Assembly: GCA_965277805.1 (NCBI GenBank)
Contig: OZ255842.1
Location: 5,312,001 to 5,376,000, forward strand
Source of the DNA: Candidatus Lustribacter sp.
Lineage (GTDB): Bacteria > Vulcanimicrobiota > Vulcanimicrobiia > Vulcanimicrobiales > Vulcanimicrobiaceae
Direction of reading: 5' to 3'
DNA: 64,000 bases
In this document: in pieces, positions 27,613 through 37,395 of the stretch
How positions within the stretch are numbered: the first letter of the stretch is position 1
Layout of the letters: the number at the start of each line of letters is the position of its first letter
Made by a program: the position numbers and the translations under genes
Notes under the pieces: generated by a model
Databases searched by the model: none
What the model saw: only the letters and a program-made list of their open reading frames with translations
What the model was told of the DNA's origin: nothing

Positions 27613-29022
27613 ATGTTCCGCAGTACTAGGGTCGACGAAGTCGCGCTTCCGAAGTTGGCGACGGCTACGGCCTCCCGCAGTCAGCGGTTTAGCGCTGCCA
27701 TCGTCGCGCTGCTCCTGATTGCCGCCGCGCTCGCCGCAACGCGTGCCAGCAGCACCGTTGGGCCGGTGCTGCCGACGCTCATCCCGCTGACGGCCGGAAT
27801 CGCGTGCTTCTCCGAACTTCTCGCCGCCTTTCTCTTGATCAGCCAGTACCGCGTTACCGGCGTTACACTGCTCGTTACGGCGGGCGCGGCGTTCACGCTG
27901 AGCGCGCTCTTGATGCTGCCGTACATCGTTAGCTTTCCGGGAGTGCTGGTCGCGGGCACGTTCGGAGGAAATGAACAAACGGCGATTTGGCTCTGGGTTG
28001 CATGGCATCTCGTCTTTCCGGCGGTCATTGCATCTTATGCGGTCCTTGACGCCGGCTTGTGCGGCGTCACGCCTGCGGCGCGCATAACGAGAACGCTCTG
28101 CACGTACGTCGGCGCGGCTACGCTCGCAGCGGCTGCCTTGACGGCCGTCGCATTCGTCAGCGCCCCGCTGCTGCCGACGCTGATCGTGCGCGGGCACTTT
28201 CAACCTTTGTTCATAATGGTTATCGGGCCGGCGATCATCGCCGCCGATGTGCTGACCTTGGCATTACTCGCGCGCAATGCGAAGAACGCGACGACGCTGC
28301 AGGTGGCTCTCGCCCTTTCGCTGCTGACGGCCGCACTCGACGCCCTACTCAACGCGGTTTCGGGCGCACGCTATACGCCGACGTGGTACGTCGGCAAGAT
28401 TGAAATGCTGATGACGGCTTCGATCGTGGGCGTGACGCTACTGGCCGAAGTCGCGGATCTCTACCGGCGTGCGGCGTCGCTAGCAACGATCGACCCGCTG
28501 ACGGGTCTCGGAAACCGGCGTTCGCTCGAGGAACGCTTCAGTTGGGCGCTAGGCTATGCGCGGCGCTAACGGCACTTCATTGCGATGATCGTTATCGATA
28601 TCGACGAATTCAAGAAGTACAATGACGCCTTCGGGCACGCTGCCGGCGATGAATGCTTGATTCGTGTCGCTGCCACCCTGCGGGATCAACTGAAACGGCC
28701 CAACGACCTCGTCATCCGATTCGGCGGCGAAGAGTTCGTCGTGCTTCTCGTCGACTGCAACGAGGCCGCCACGCAAGCGATTGGAGAACGCTTGCGTACG
28801 GCGATCGAGGGACTGCAAATCGCGCACGCGCCGGCCGCGTCCGGGCCGGTCGTAACCATCAGCCTCGGTTGCAGCGCTGCGAAGGCGTTATCGCTTCGCG
28901 ACAACGACCTCTTCGAGGCGGCCGATCGTGCGCTCTACATTGCAAAGGCGGCCGGACGAAACCGGTGCAGCTTCGACGTCGAGGCCGCAGCCCCGGTCGC
29001 ACTCGACCCCGCGACCGCATAA
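27613..29022 (+). pseudogene. Membrane-sensor (MASE4-like) diguanylate cyclase interrupted by an in-frame TAA
   Basis: Multi-TM sensor, then IDPLTGLGNRR, stop TAA at 28567-28569. The same frame continues RHFIAMIVIDIDEFKKYNDAFGHAAGD...RFGGEEF...ADRALYIAKAAGRN. Confidence 0.88.
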
Positions 29023-29030
29023 GACGACCG

Positions 29031-29786
29031 CTAGGTGAAATAACCAACGACTTGCACGAGCGTATAACTCGTCGGCGCCGAGACCGTGGTTCCTGTGCAC
29101 GAGCCGGGCGGCGTGCAGAGATACGTCGGAAGGGAGAGCGTGTTCGGCGGGTTCACGGTGAGCGCCGCGTCGAGCGGATTCGTTACGCTGTTGTTGTTTG
29201 ACCACCCGATGAAGCTCGTCGCAGACACCGACGGCGGATTCGTACCGGCCGTGTTCGTCGACCAGCTGCCGATGAAGAAGTTCGAGCTGTTTGTCGACGT
29301 GGCGATCGAATTCACGGTCATGTTGATGCTCGGGTTGTCGCCGCTGATGCTTCCCTGGTAGCCGATCAGCTGGAGCGTGACGTAGAAGAGCGGCACGAAG
29401 TTTGACGTAGCGAAACCCGGCGGCGCGTTCGCGAGCGCGGGGAGCCCGGCGGGCGGGGCGAGCGAAATCGAGCCTGCGTACGTTCCGGCGGTTGCGCCGC
29501 TCGCGACGGTCGCGAAGTTATTCGCATAGGAGCAGCCGCCGACGAGCGGCGTCGTAATCGTGGTCACGCCGACGATGTTGCCGGGCGTGATGTTCGCCGA
29601 CGTGGGGCCCGACGTGTTGCAGGTGGCGGTCGTGAACGATGCCGGGGGCAGCGTCGTGACGGTCGCTGTCGGCGTCGGCGCCGGGGCCGACGCTCCCGTG
29701 TTGTTTCCGCCGCAAGCTGCCAGCGAAATTCCCAGAATTGTCAGCAGCGCGCACAACGCGCCGGTATGGGATCTGTATTTCCGCAT
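29031..29786 (-). CDS. Hypothetical Thr/Ser/Pro-rich lipoprotein
   Basis: Lipobox SLAAC-GG, PT linker and four further Cys. Confidence 0.78.
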   Translation of the reverse strand: MRKYRSHTGALCALLTILGISLAACGGNNTGASAPAPTPTATVTTLPPASFTTATCNTSGPTSANITPGNIVGVTTITTPLVGGCSYANNFATVASGATAGTYAGSISLAPPAGLPALANAPPGFATSNFVPLFYVTLQLIGYQGSISGDNPSINMTVNSIATSTNSSNFFIGSWSTNTAGTNPPSVSATSFIGWSNNNSVTNPLDAALTVNPPNTLSLPTYLCTPPGSCTGTTVSAPTSYTLVQVVGYFT

Positions 29787-29830
29787 CGGGCGTGCTTCTC
29801 GCTGCGCTTCGTGAGCCCTCGGGCCGCGAG

Positions 29831-31270
29831 CTAGCCGGCGGTTACCGTGAATTTCGCGCGCGGAAAACCAAAACGCACGCTGCTTGCGATCGCGCCCGCG
29901 AAGGCAATGCTCGAGGCGACGAACAGCGCGGCCGAGATCGCGTTATGCGCGTGCGCGAGCGCTCCAACGGCTTGTACGTTGAGGCTGATCGAGAACGCGG
30001 CAAAGATGATCGCTGCACCCGCGACGCCGGTGGTTTGTCCGCCCACGCGCGTCGCAGCCATGATCGCCGAGGCGGAGGCCGTCTTATCGCGCGGTACGTT
30101 GGCCATCAGTTCGCGGCTGTTGGGCGCCTGAAACAATCCGAACCCGAAGCCGCAGAGCGCGCCGTGCAGGACGATCTCCCATACCGTGGCGTGCGCCGGC
30201 AGCAGCGCGTAGAGCACGAGCCCCGTGCCGAGCATGCCGAGCCCGAGGGTGGAGAGAATCGCGGCCGGATAACGGTCGGAGAGGCGTCCGGCGAAGTTCG
30301 CGGTCAGCCCCATCGTCAGCGGCCACGACGTCATCAGCAAACCGGATTGCAACGGCGTCACATTCATCACGACTTGAAAGAGAAACGGCAGCGAGACGAC
30401 GGCCAGCGCCGAGGCGGTATAACCGAAAATGCCTGCCAGCGATGCGAGCGCGAAGAGCGGGCGCTCGAAGAGGTCCACGGCGAACATCGGCCGTTCGAGT
30501 CGGCGCTGGCGCAAGAGAAACCAGCCGAATGCGCTGCCGCCGGCGATCAACTCGAGGGCAATCAGCGGGCGCGGATCGCCGTGTCCGAAGCCGTCGATGC
30601 CGCGCACGATCAGCGCAAAGCCGAGCGCGCTCGCGACGATGCTCGGAACGTGCACGGGTTCGCCGTGTCCGGGCACGAGCGGAATTGCGGTACGCGTTGC
30701 AAACCAGATCGCGATTCCGAGCGGCACGTTGATCAAGAAGAGCCACGGCCACGGCGCGATGGCCAGGATCAGGCCGCCGATCGTCGGGCCCGATGCAACC
30801 GCCGTCCCGATGACCATTGCGTTGATGCCGAGCGCGCGGCCAAGCTGGTCGCGCGGAAACACGGTGCGCAAGATCGCCGACGTCAGCGAGAGGATCGCGG
30901 CCGCACCGACGCCCTGCAGCATGCGCGAGGCAACGAGCAGCGTGAGATTTTGCGAGAGCGCGCAGAGCAGCGAGCCCACGGTGAAGATCGCGATGCCGTA
31001 GCGCCAGGTGCGCGCCAGGCCGTGCGACTGACCGAAGGACGACCAGGTGAACAGTGCGGCGGTGACCGCCACTTGAAACCCGTTGACCACCCAGATCGAC
31101 AGCGCGGGCGAGACGTGCATTTCGCGCCCGATCGTCGGGAGGGCGACATTGGCGATGGTGCCGTCGAGGACCGACATCGTCGTTGCGGCAGCCAGCGCGA
31201 GATATGCGCGCCGCCGCTGCCCGATCGGCAGCCCGTCCGACTCGAGCGTGTTCTCCAGGTCGTCCATCAT
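29831..31270 (-). CDS. MFS drug/H+ antiporter (DHA2-like, ~14 TM)
   Basis: LDGTIANVALPTI, SRMLQGVGAA, GPTIGG..WPWLFLINVPLG and FQAPN. Confidence 0.92.
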   Translation of the reverse strand: MMDDLENTLESDGLPIGQRRRAYLALAAATTMSVLDGTIANVALPTIGREMHVSPALSIWVVNGFQVAVTAALFTWSSFGQSHGLARTWRYGIAIFTVGSLLCALSQNLTLLVASRMLQGVGAAAILSLTSAILRTVFPRDQLGRALGINAMVIGTAVASGPTIGGLILAIAPWPWLFLINVPLGIAIWFATRTAIPLVPGHGEPVHVPSIVASALGFALIVRGIDGFGHGDPRPLIALELIAGGSAFGWFLLRQRRLERPMFAVDLFERPLFALASLAGIFGYTASALAVVSLPFLFQVVMNVTPLQSGLLMTSWPLTMGLTANFAGRLSDRYPAAILSTLGLGMLGTGLVLYALLPAHATVWEIVLHGALCGFGFGLFQAPNSRELMANVPRDKTASASAIMAATRVGGQTTGVAGAAIIFAAFSISLNVQAVGALAHAHNAISAALFVASSIAFAGAIASSVRFGFPRAKFTVTAG

Positions 31271-31362
31271 CCGAGCTTCAGCTTTGCCGCGGGCCGTATG
31301 TTACCATCGCGCCGCGCGCGTCTCGGCGTTTCGGGCCGGGCAAGCGCGGGAAGAAGCCCCGC

Positions 31363-31782
31363 ATGGATCTCACTAAAGAAGTTCCGCGTAGCCCCAATGA
31401 CATGCTCGCGGGCATCGTCTCGCTGCCGCGCATGATCGACAAGACGCAAGCCGATAGCGAAGGTACCCTGGGTGAATACGACGTCGACTGCCCGCACGAT
31501 AAACCGGTGCTCCAGTTTCTCGGCGTCGACTATCCGACGTTTAAGGCGAAGCTCCAAGACCTGAAGTTCGACACCAACGCGGTCGGCGCGTGGGCGAAAC
31601 CGCTCGTCGACAAGCACAGCGCGGCCGAGATTGCGGCGTTCAACGACGCGCGTCGTGCGTGGGCTCCCGACGGCCACTCGCAGCAATATTTCGACAAGTT
31701 GAAAGCCCAAGTCGCGCCCAATCGCCCCGATGTGACGACCTGGTTCAAGCTGCTCGATCTCGACGAGAAGCGCGCCGCCTAG
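31363..31782 (+). CDS. DUF5069-like protein (single domain)
   Basis: MDLTKEVPRSP...LPRMIDK...GEYDVDCPHD..LQFLG...TWFKLLDLDE pattern. ATG at 31363. Confidence 0.75.
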   Translation: MDLTKEVPRSPNDMLAGIVSLPRMIDKTQADSEGTLGEYDVDCPHDKPVLQFLGVDYPTFKAKLQDLKFDTNAVGAWAKPLVDKHSAAEIAAFNDARRAWAPDGHSQQYFDKLKAQVAPNRPDVTTWFKLLDLDEKRAA

Positions 31783-31833
31783 CGCGTCCCGCTTCCCAGA
31801 ATTGGCCAAGTAAGCGGCCGTACGCTCCGGCCG

Positions 31834-32805
31834 ATGAACAAACGCTTAGCTGCCGCCCTAGCGCTCACGCTCACGCTTACGTTTGCGGGTTGCGGCGGTT
31901 CCGGGGCTTCCGGCAGTTCTGTGCCGGCGGCAACCGCCACGCCGGTCACGGCCACAACGCTCATCGGTTCCTACACGTGCCCGGCGGCGGCTACATCGTC
32001 GGGCACGTTGAATTGCGCGGCGTTGCCGCTCGGCGACTCGAAATACAGTACCACGGCGGCAAGTGTCGGCACCGTGTTCGTGTGCAGCGTGCCGAACGGT
32101 CAGGCGCCGTCGGGCACGGGTCCCTGGATCAACGCCGCCGCCGGCACGTGGGACGCGCTGACCAAAGACATCGTGTCGGGCAGCGTGAGCTGGTCGGGTT
32201 CGTTCAACGCCGTCGTCAGCGGCACGGCACTCGATATCACCGGGAACGGTTTGCCGCTTGCGGGCATCACGACCGGAACGTTTCCGATCGCATCGACCGA
32301 TGCGGTCTATCAGTACGACGCCAATCCAAACCGCATCGCGGCGCAATCGCTCAACTACGCGCTGCCGTACAACCCCGTCGCCGCGGCATCGCCGGGATGC
32401 CTCAGCGGTGGGCGAATCGGCGTTGCGCTCAACGGCGTTTCGATCTTCGACGCGCTCGATGCAGTGGGCCACGACGCGGTCGCGCGCGAGGGACAGGACA
32501 GCTGCCACGGACATCCCGATCAGTCGAGCACCTATCACTATCACGGCTGGCTCTTCGCGTGCGTGCCAGATAGCGGTTCGGCCGGACAGAACTCGTCGCT
32601 GCTCGGCTATGCGCTCGACGGCTTCGGCATCTACGGACCGTGGTACAACGGCAAGATCCTAACGACGGCGGACCTCGACCAGTGTCACGGGACGACGAGC
32701 CTGGTCACCTGGCACGGCGCAGCGGTCTCGATCTACCACTACGTCGCGACCTACGACTTTCCGTATACGCTCGGCTGCTATCACGGTACCGCCGTTCCGG
32801 CCTGA
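31834..32805 (+). CDS. YHYH-domain lipoprotein
   Basis: Lipobox FAGC, IGVALNGV, DSCHGH, YHYH, LLGYALDGFGIYG, DLDQCHG and YHYVAT..FPY. Confidence 0.85.
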   Translation: MNKRLAAALALTLTLTFAGCGGSGASGSSVPAATATPVTATTLIGSYTCPAAATSSGTLNCAALPLGDSKYSTTAASVGTVFVCSVPNGQAPSGTGPWINAAAGTWDALTKDIVSGSVSWSGSFNAVVSGTALDITGNGLPLAGITTGTFPIASTDAVYQYDANPNRIAAQSLNYALPYNPVAAASPGCLSGGRIGVALNGVSIFDALDAVGHDAVAREGQDSCHGHPDQSSTYHYHGWLFACVPDSGSAGQNSSLLGYALDGFGIYGPWYNGKILTTADLDQCHGTTSLVTWHGAAVSIYHYVATYDFPYTLGCYHGTAVPA

Positions 32806-32808
32806 GGA

Positions 32809-32837
32809 TTGACATTAACGATATATCGCGATAGGAT
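32809..32837 (+). promoter_or_regulatory. Sigma70 promoter of padR with a palindromic operator in the spacer
   Basis: TTGACA-N17-TAGGAT, with perfect palindrome CGATATATCG at 32819-32828. Confidence 0.8.
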
Positions 32838-32884
32838 GGCAACAGATCGCGAATGGTCGCGATTGTATCAAGAAAGGGGAGTGC

Positions 32885-33424
32885 ATGCGGAAAGCATGGT
32901 TCTCTCACGAACGGGGCCCACGTATGGGCTACCAGAAATTCGGCCCGGGTCCGGGCGGCCGCGGCGGCGAGGTCTTCATCCACGCCTGGCGCGGCGGCGG
33001 ACGCGCGCGCCGCGGTGACATCAAGTTCCTCATCCTCGAGGTGCTTGCAGATGGTCCCCGGCACGGCTACGACATCATCACGGAACTCGAGAACAAGAGC
33101 AACGGGCGCTATCGTCCGAGTGCAGGGTCGGTCTACCCGACGCTGACGATGCTCGAAGAAGGCGGCTACATCACCGGCAGTGCTGCCGACGGCAAGCGCG
33201 TCTTCACGATCACCGATGCCGGCCGCGAACTGCTCAAGCAGAAACCGGGCGGCGCAACGCCCGAGAGCGACGACGGCGTCGATCTCCGCAGCTCGGCGAT
33301 GAAGTTGGGTGCGGCGGTCATGCAGGCAGCGCGCGCAAGCGATGCGGCTTCGCAAGAAAAGGTGCGCGACATCCTCGATGGCGCACGCCGCGAGATCTAC
33401 AAGATTCTTGCCGAGAGCGAGTAG
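32885..33424 (+). CDS. PadR-family transcriptional regulator
   Basis: RRGDIKFLILEVL..PRHGYDII...PSAGSVYPTL..LEE, C-terminal ARREIYKILAE, and a strong RBS. Confidence 0.93.
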   Translation: MRKAWFSHERGPRMGYQKFGPGPGGRGGEVFIHAWRGGGRARRGDIKFLILEVLADGPRHGYDIITELENKSNGRYRPSAGSVYPTLTMLEEGGYITGSAADGKRVFTITDAGRELLKQKPGGATPESDDGVDLRSSAMKLGAAVMQAARASDAASQEKVRDILDGARREIYKILAESE

Positions 33425-33468
33425 CTAGCAGAAGGAAAACACCGCCCGGTCGCGCCTAAAGCGCAAGC

Positions 33469-35178
33469 ATGGCGCGACCGCTCGTGGTGATTCCGGCGCT
33501 CGTTACCGCGGCCACGATCCTCGCGTTGTTGGGCTTCGTGATCGTGCTGAGTTTCAGCAAGATCGAAGACGGCATGATCGCGGGGTTTGCCGGTTTCGGT
33601 AATTTCGCAACACTGCTGAGCGATCCGAATGTGCCGCGCATGACGAGCAACACGCTCGTGTTCGCGGCCATTACGCTCGCGGTATCATTCTTGCTCGGCG
33701 TTCCGCTCGCGTGGCTCGCCGAGCGCTCGGATTTACCCGGCCGCTCGATCATCTGGACCGTGATGCTCGCGAGCCTCGTGCTGCCGGGCTTTCTCGTCGG
33801 CATGGGCTGGCTGCTGTTGGCGCACCCGCGCATCGGCGTGCTCAACACCACGCTCGAGAACGTTTTCCACATCTCATTTCCGCCGCTGCCGATCAACAAC
33901 GTGGCCGGTATGGGGCTGGTGGAAGGCTTGCTGTTGACGTCGCTCACCTTCGTGCTCGTCGCGCCGAGTTTGCGCACGATGGATCCGGCGCTCGAAGAAG
34001 CCGCGCGTATGAGCGGCGCTTCCTCGCGCTCGCTCTTGTGGAACGTGACGCTGCCGCTGATCCTGCCGGCGCTCGTCGCGGCCGCGATGTACGTTGCGAT
34101 CGTCGCCGTCGGTGCGTTCGATATCCCGGCCGTCATCGGTTTGGGCAGCCGCATCTACACGTTCAGCACCTTCATGTACGTGCACGCCTATCCGGCCGAC
34201 GGATTTCCCGACTACGGCGCGATCGCGGCCGGCGGAGCTTTCATGATCGTCATCGCGCTCGCGATGACGTTCGCCTACGTGTACGTGCTGCGCCGCGCGC
34301 GCTCGTTCGCGGTGATCACGGGCAAAGCGTACCGGCCGCGACTCACCGAGCTCGGACGCTGGACGCCCGTGGCCTGGGCGCTGGTGGCAATCTACGCGCT
34401 CGGCGCGCTGATCGTTCCTTTTGCGTTTACGCTGATCTACGCGCTCTTGCCGTTCGCCGAACCGCTCGACGCGAGCGTGTTCTCGCACATGTCGTTGTTG
34501 AACTTCGCGCAGATTCCGTGGAGCTTGGTGGGCACCGGTGCACTGCATACGGCCGAACTCGTGCTGGTCGTGCCGCTGGCGGTCGTTGCGCTCAGCTTCG
34601 CGATCTCGTGGATCGTCATCCGGACGACGATGCCCGGCCGGTTCGTGCTGGATGGGATCGCCTTCATGCCGCACGCCGTGCCGAGCATCCTGTTCGGTAT
34701 CGGTGCAACGCTGGCCGCCCTGTTCGTGCTGCAGAAGATCGTGCCGATCTACGGCACCGTCACGCTGATCGGGCTCGTCTATACGATCGGCTGGATCAGC
34801 TTCGGCACGCGCATCGTCAACAGCAGCTTGCTCCAGATTCACGGCGACTTGCTCGAAGCGGGCGCGATGTCGGGCGCGCGCGCCGGCGCGGTGTTTCGCG
34901 ATATCGTCTTGCCGCTGGTGCGCCCGGCGGCATTCGGCGCCTGGATCTACGTCGTGCTGCTGTGCGTGCGCGAGCTGACGCTGGCCGCGTTCGTCTCGAC
35001 GCCGAAAAACATCACGCTGCCGATGGTGGCCTGGTTCGAGTGGAACAACGGGTCGATCCACGCCGGCGCCGCGGTGGCGGTGATCGTCGTTCTCGCGCTC
35101 ATCCCGTTGCTGTTTCTATTCCTGCAGTTCGGGCCTCGCTCCGATGCGATGTTCGGATCGTCCGTCCGTGAGAGGTAG
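33469..35178 (+). CDS. ABC transporter permease, FbpB/ThiP-type (two fused TM modules)
   Basis: Two EAA motifs (LEEAARMSGA and LLEAGAMSGA), about 12 TM. Confidence 0.9.
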   Translation: MARPLVVIPALVTAATILALLGFVIVLSFSKIEDGMIAGFAGFGNFATLLSDPNVPRMTSNTLVFAAITLAVSFLLGVPLAWLAERSDLPGRSIIWTVMLASLVLPGFLVGMGWLLLAHPRIGVLNTTLENVFHISFPPLPINNVAGMGLVEGLLLTSLTFVLVAPSLRTMDPALEEAARMSGASSRSLLWNVTLPLILPALVAAAMYVAIVAVGAFDIPAVIGLGSRIYTFSTFMYVHAYPADGFPDYGAIAAGGAFMIVIALAMTFAYVYVLRRARSFAVITGKAYRPRLTELGRWTPVAWALVAIYALGALIVPFAFTLIYALLPFAEPLDASVFSHMSLLNFAQIPWSLVGTGALHTAELVLVVPLAVVALSFAISWIVIRTTMPGRFVLDGIAFMPHAVPSILFGIGATLAALFVLQKIVPIYGTVTLIGLVYTIGWISFGTRIVNSSLLQIHGDLLEAGAMSGARAGAVFRDIVLPLVRPAAFGAWIYVVLLCVRELTLAAFVSTPKNITLPMVAWFEWNNGSIHAGAAVAVIVVLALIPLLFLFLQFGPRSDAMFGSSVRER

Positions 35179-35182
35179 CCGC

Positions 35183-36259
35183 ATGTCTCGTTGGTGTTCC
35201 GTATTCGTCTTGGCGCTGGTGCTGGCCGCGTTCGCGCGGCCGGTCTTCGCGCAGGACGCCGCCCATTCACCGGAACCGGCGAACCTCGGCGCGCTCGTGC
35301 AAGCCGCGGCCAAGGAAGGCACGCTCGACGTTGCGTGGGGTGACGTCTACGGCGGTGCTGCCGGCGTCAAGCGCGCGCAGGACGAGATCAACAAGAAGTA
35401 CCACCTGAACTTGCAGATCAAGTATACGCCGGTTGCCGTCGGCGCGGCGTTTCAGAACCAAGTGGTGGGCGAGATCCGCGCGGGCCAAACGGCCAGCACC
35501 GACGTGCTCTTTCACATCCGCGATCAGAACTTGGCGAAGGTGGTCATCCCGGTCGACTATCGCAAGTATGTCCCCGGCTTGCCGGCCGACGTGATGTTCT
35601 ACGACAAGCGCGCGGTGATCGTGGTGAGCACGATCCTGGCCGAGGAGTACAGCACGAAGGACGTGCCGCCGAACAAGGTTCCCAACTCGCTCGCCGGTCT
35701 CTTGGCGCCGGAGTGGAAAGGCAAGATCGCAACGATGCCCTACCAGGGCGTCATCGGCTGGTACCTCGGCCTGAACGAAGCGATGGGCAAGGACGGCATG
35801 GTGAAGTTCTACACGGCGCTCTCGCCGAGCATCGGCGGTTTGATGACGTGCGGTGACTCGGATCGCGTCGTCAGCGGCGAGTTCGCGTTCTTCGGTTTGG
35901 ATTGCGGTGATCAGGAAGTGCGCTTGCGTCAGCGTAAGGGCGAAGCGATTGCGGCGTTCTACCCGAAGGAAGGGACCGCGATCTACGCATTTTCACCCGG
36001 CATTCCGCTCACCGCCGCGCATCCGAATGCGGCGCGGCTTTTCATCACCTATCTGCTCAGCCCGGAGGGCCAGAAGATGCTGTGGGACGAGTTCGGCTGC
36101 GACAATTACAAGCTGGCGGGCTCCCGCATGGCGCCGCTCATCGCCGCGGCGAAGAAGAAGGGCGTCAAGTTCATCGACATCTACGGACTCGACGTAGCGC
36201 ACCCCGAACTCAACGACTATGAGAAGACGATCAACACGATCGTGAACCAATCGAAATGA
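35183..36259 (+). CDS. ABC substrate-binding protein (Fe3+/AfuA-like cluster)
   Basis: Signal peptide (VFA|Q), AAAKEGTL, LLAPEWKGKI and AAHPNAARLFITYLLSPEGQ. Confidence 0.88.
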   Translation: MSRWCSVFVLALVLAAFARPVFAQDAAHSPEPANLGALVQAAAKEGTLDVAWGDVYGGAAGVKRAQDEINKKYHLNLQIKYTPVAVGAAFQNQVVGEIRAGQTASTDVLFHIRDQNLAKVVIPVDYRKYVPGLPADVMFYDKRAVIVVSTILAEEYSTKDVPPNKVPNSLAGLLAPEWKGKIATMPYQGVIGWYLGLNEAMGKDGMVKFYTALSPSIGGLMTCGDSDRVVSGEFAFFGLDCGDQEVRLRQRKGEAIAAFYPKEGTAIYAFSPGIPLTAAHPNAARLFITYLLSPEGQKMLWDEFGCDNYKLAGSRMAPLIAAAKKKGVKFIDIYGLDVAHPELNDYEKTINTIVNQSK

Positions 36260-37395
36260 CGACGAGCGCACCGATCCTGCGGGATGACCTCGACTTCGCG
36301 CACACCGGCCCCGGCACGCTGGCGGGCCGGTATTTCCGGCGGTTCTGGATTCCCGTCGCCCGCTTGGACGACGTCCCGCCCGGCCGCGCGAAGCCCATCC
36401 AGCTCCTCAACGAAAAGTTCACCTATTATCGCGGCGAGACCGGAACGCCGCATCTCGTCGGTTATTACTGCGCGCACCGCAGCACGCAGATGTCGACCGG
36501 CTGGGTCGAAGGCGACTGCATCCGCTGCTTCTATCACGGCTGGAAGTACGACGAGACCGGCGCGTGCATCGAGCAGCCGGCCGAAGTGGATTCCTTCGCC
36601 GCGAAGATCGCAATCGAAGGCTATCCGACCAAGACGTACTTGGGCCTCGTGTACGCGTATCTCGGCGATGGTGAGCCGCCCGAGTTCTGGCGCTTTCCCA
36701 TGATGGAGCAGCCGGGCGAGCTCGTCGTCAAGTCGTGGGTCCGCACGTCGAACTATTGGAACGGCCTCGAAAACGCAAACGATCAGGTGCACGTCGCGTT
36801 CGTGCACAGCAACAGCGAGTTCCGCGCGGCCGGCGCGACGCGCGAGATCCCGCGCATCGAAGCGCACGAAACCGAGTACGGCATCCTGCGCAAGTGCACG
36901 TTCAGCGACGGCAAGATTCGCCTGCAGCATTCGCTGATGCCGACCGCGTCGCTGGTGACCGTGTACGAAGATGGCGCCGGCTGGATGCCGCACCTTTCCT
37001 ACCGCTTACCGGTCGACGACGAAAGTCACCTCAGCCTTACCGTGAGCTTGGCCCAGGTTGAGGGAGCGAAGGCTGAAGAGCTGCGCGCGAAACATCGGGC
37101 GCGCGCCGCCGCGATGGAGGGCTTGCCCTCGCAGCAAGAGATCGTCGATGCCGTGGTGCGCGGTGAGCTCTACTTGCACGATCTGCAGCGCCCGGACATC
37201 GTCAACATTCAGGACGCGGTGGCGCTTGCCGCGCAGCCGCCGATCGGCGAACGCGTCAACGATCGGCTCGGCAAGTCCGACGTGCAGATCATCGTGTTGC
37301 GTACGATTTGGGCGCGCGAGATGCGCGCGCTCGAAGCGGGGACGCCGCTGAAAACGTGGACGGTGCCGCCCGACCTCGTCGCAACGAACGGGTGA
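36256..37395 (+). CDS. Rieske non-heme iron oxygenase alpha subunit (phthalate 4,5-dioxygenase/LigX-like clade)
   Basis: TGPGTLAGRYFRRFW N-terminus, Rieske CAHR...CFYHGW, and mononuclear Fe site ENANDQVHVAFVH...QD. Confidence 0.9.
   Translation: MTTSAPILRDDLDFAHTGPGTLAGRYFRRFWIPVARLDDVPPGRAKPIQLLNEKFTYYRGETGTPHLVGYYCAHRSTQMSTGWVEGDCIRCFYHGWKYDETGACIEQPAEVDSFAAKIAIEGYPTKTYLGLVYAYLGDGEPPEFWRFPMMEQPGELVVKSWVRTSNYWNGLENANDQVHVAFVHSNSEFRAAGATREIPRIEAHETEYGILRKCTFSDGKIRLQHSLMPTASLVTVYEDGAGWMPHLSYRLPVDDESHLSLTVSLAQVEGAKAEELRAKHRARAAAMEGLPSQQEIVDAVVRGELYLHDLQRPDIVNIQDAVALAAQPPIGERVNDRLGKSDVQIIVLRTIWAREMRALEAGTPLKTWTVPPDLVATNG

Noticed and set aside
28567-28569. Selenocysteine or pyrrolysine recoding at the cyclase stop
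   Set aside because: The codon is TAA, not TGA or TAG, and TAA terminates other genes in this window normally.
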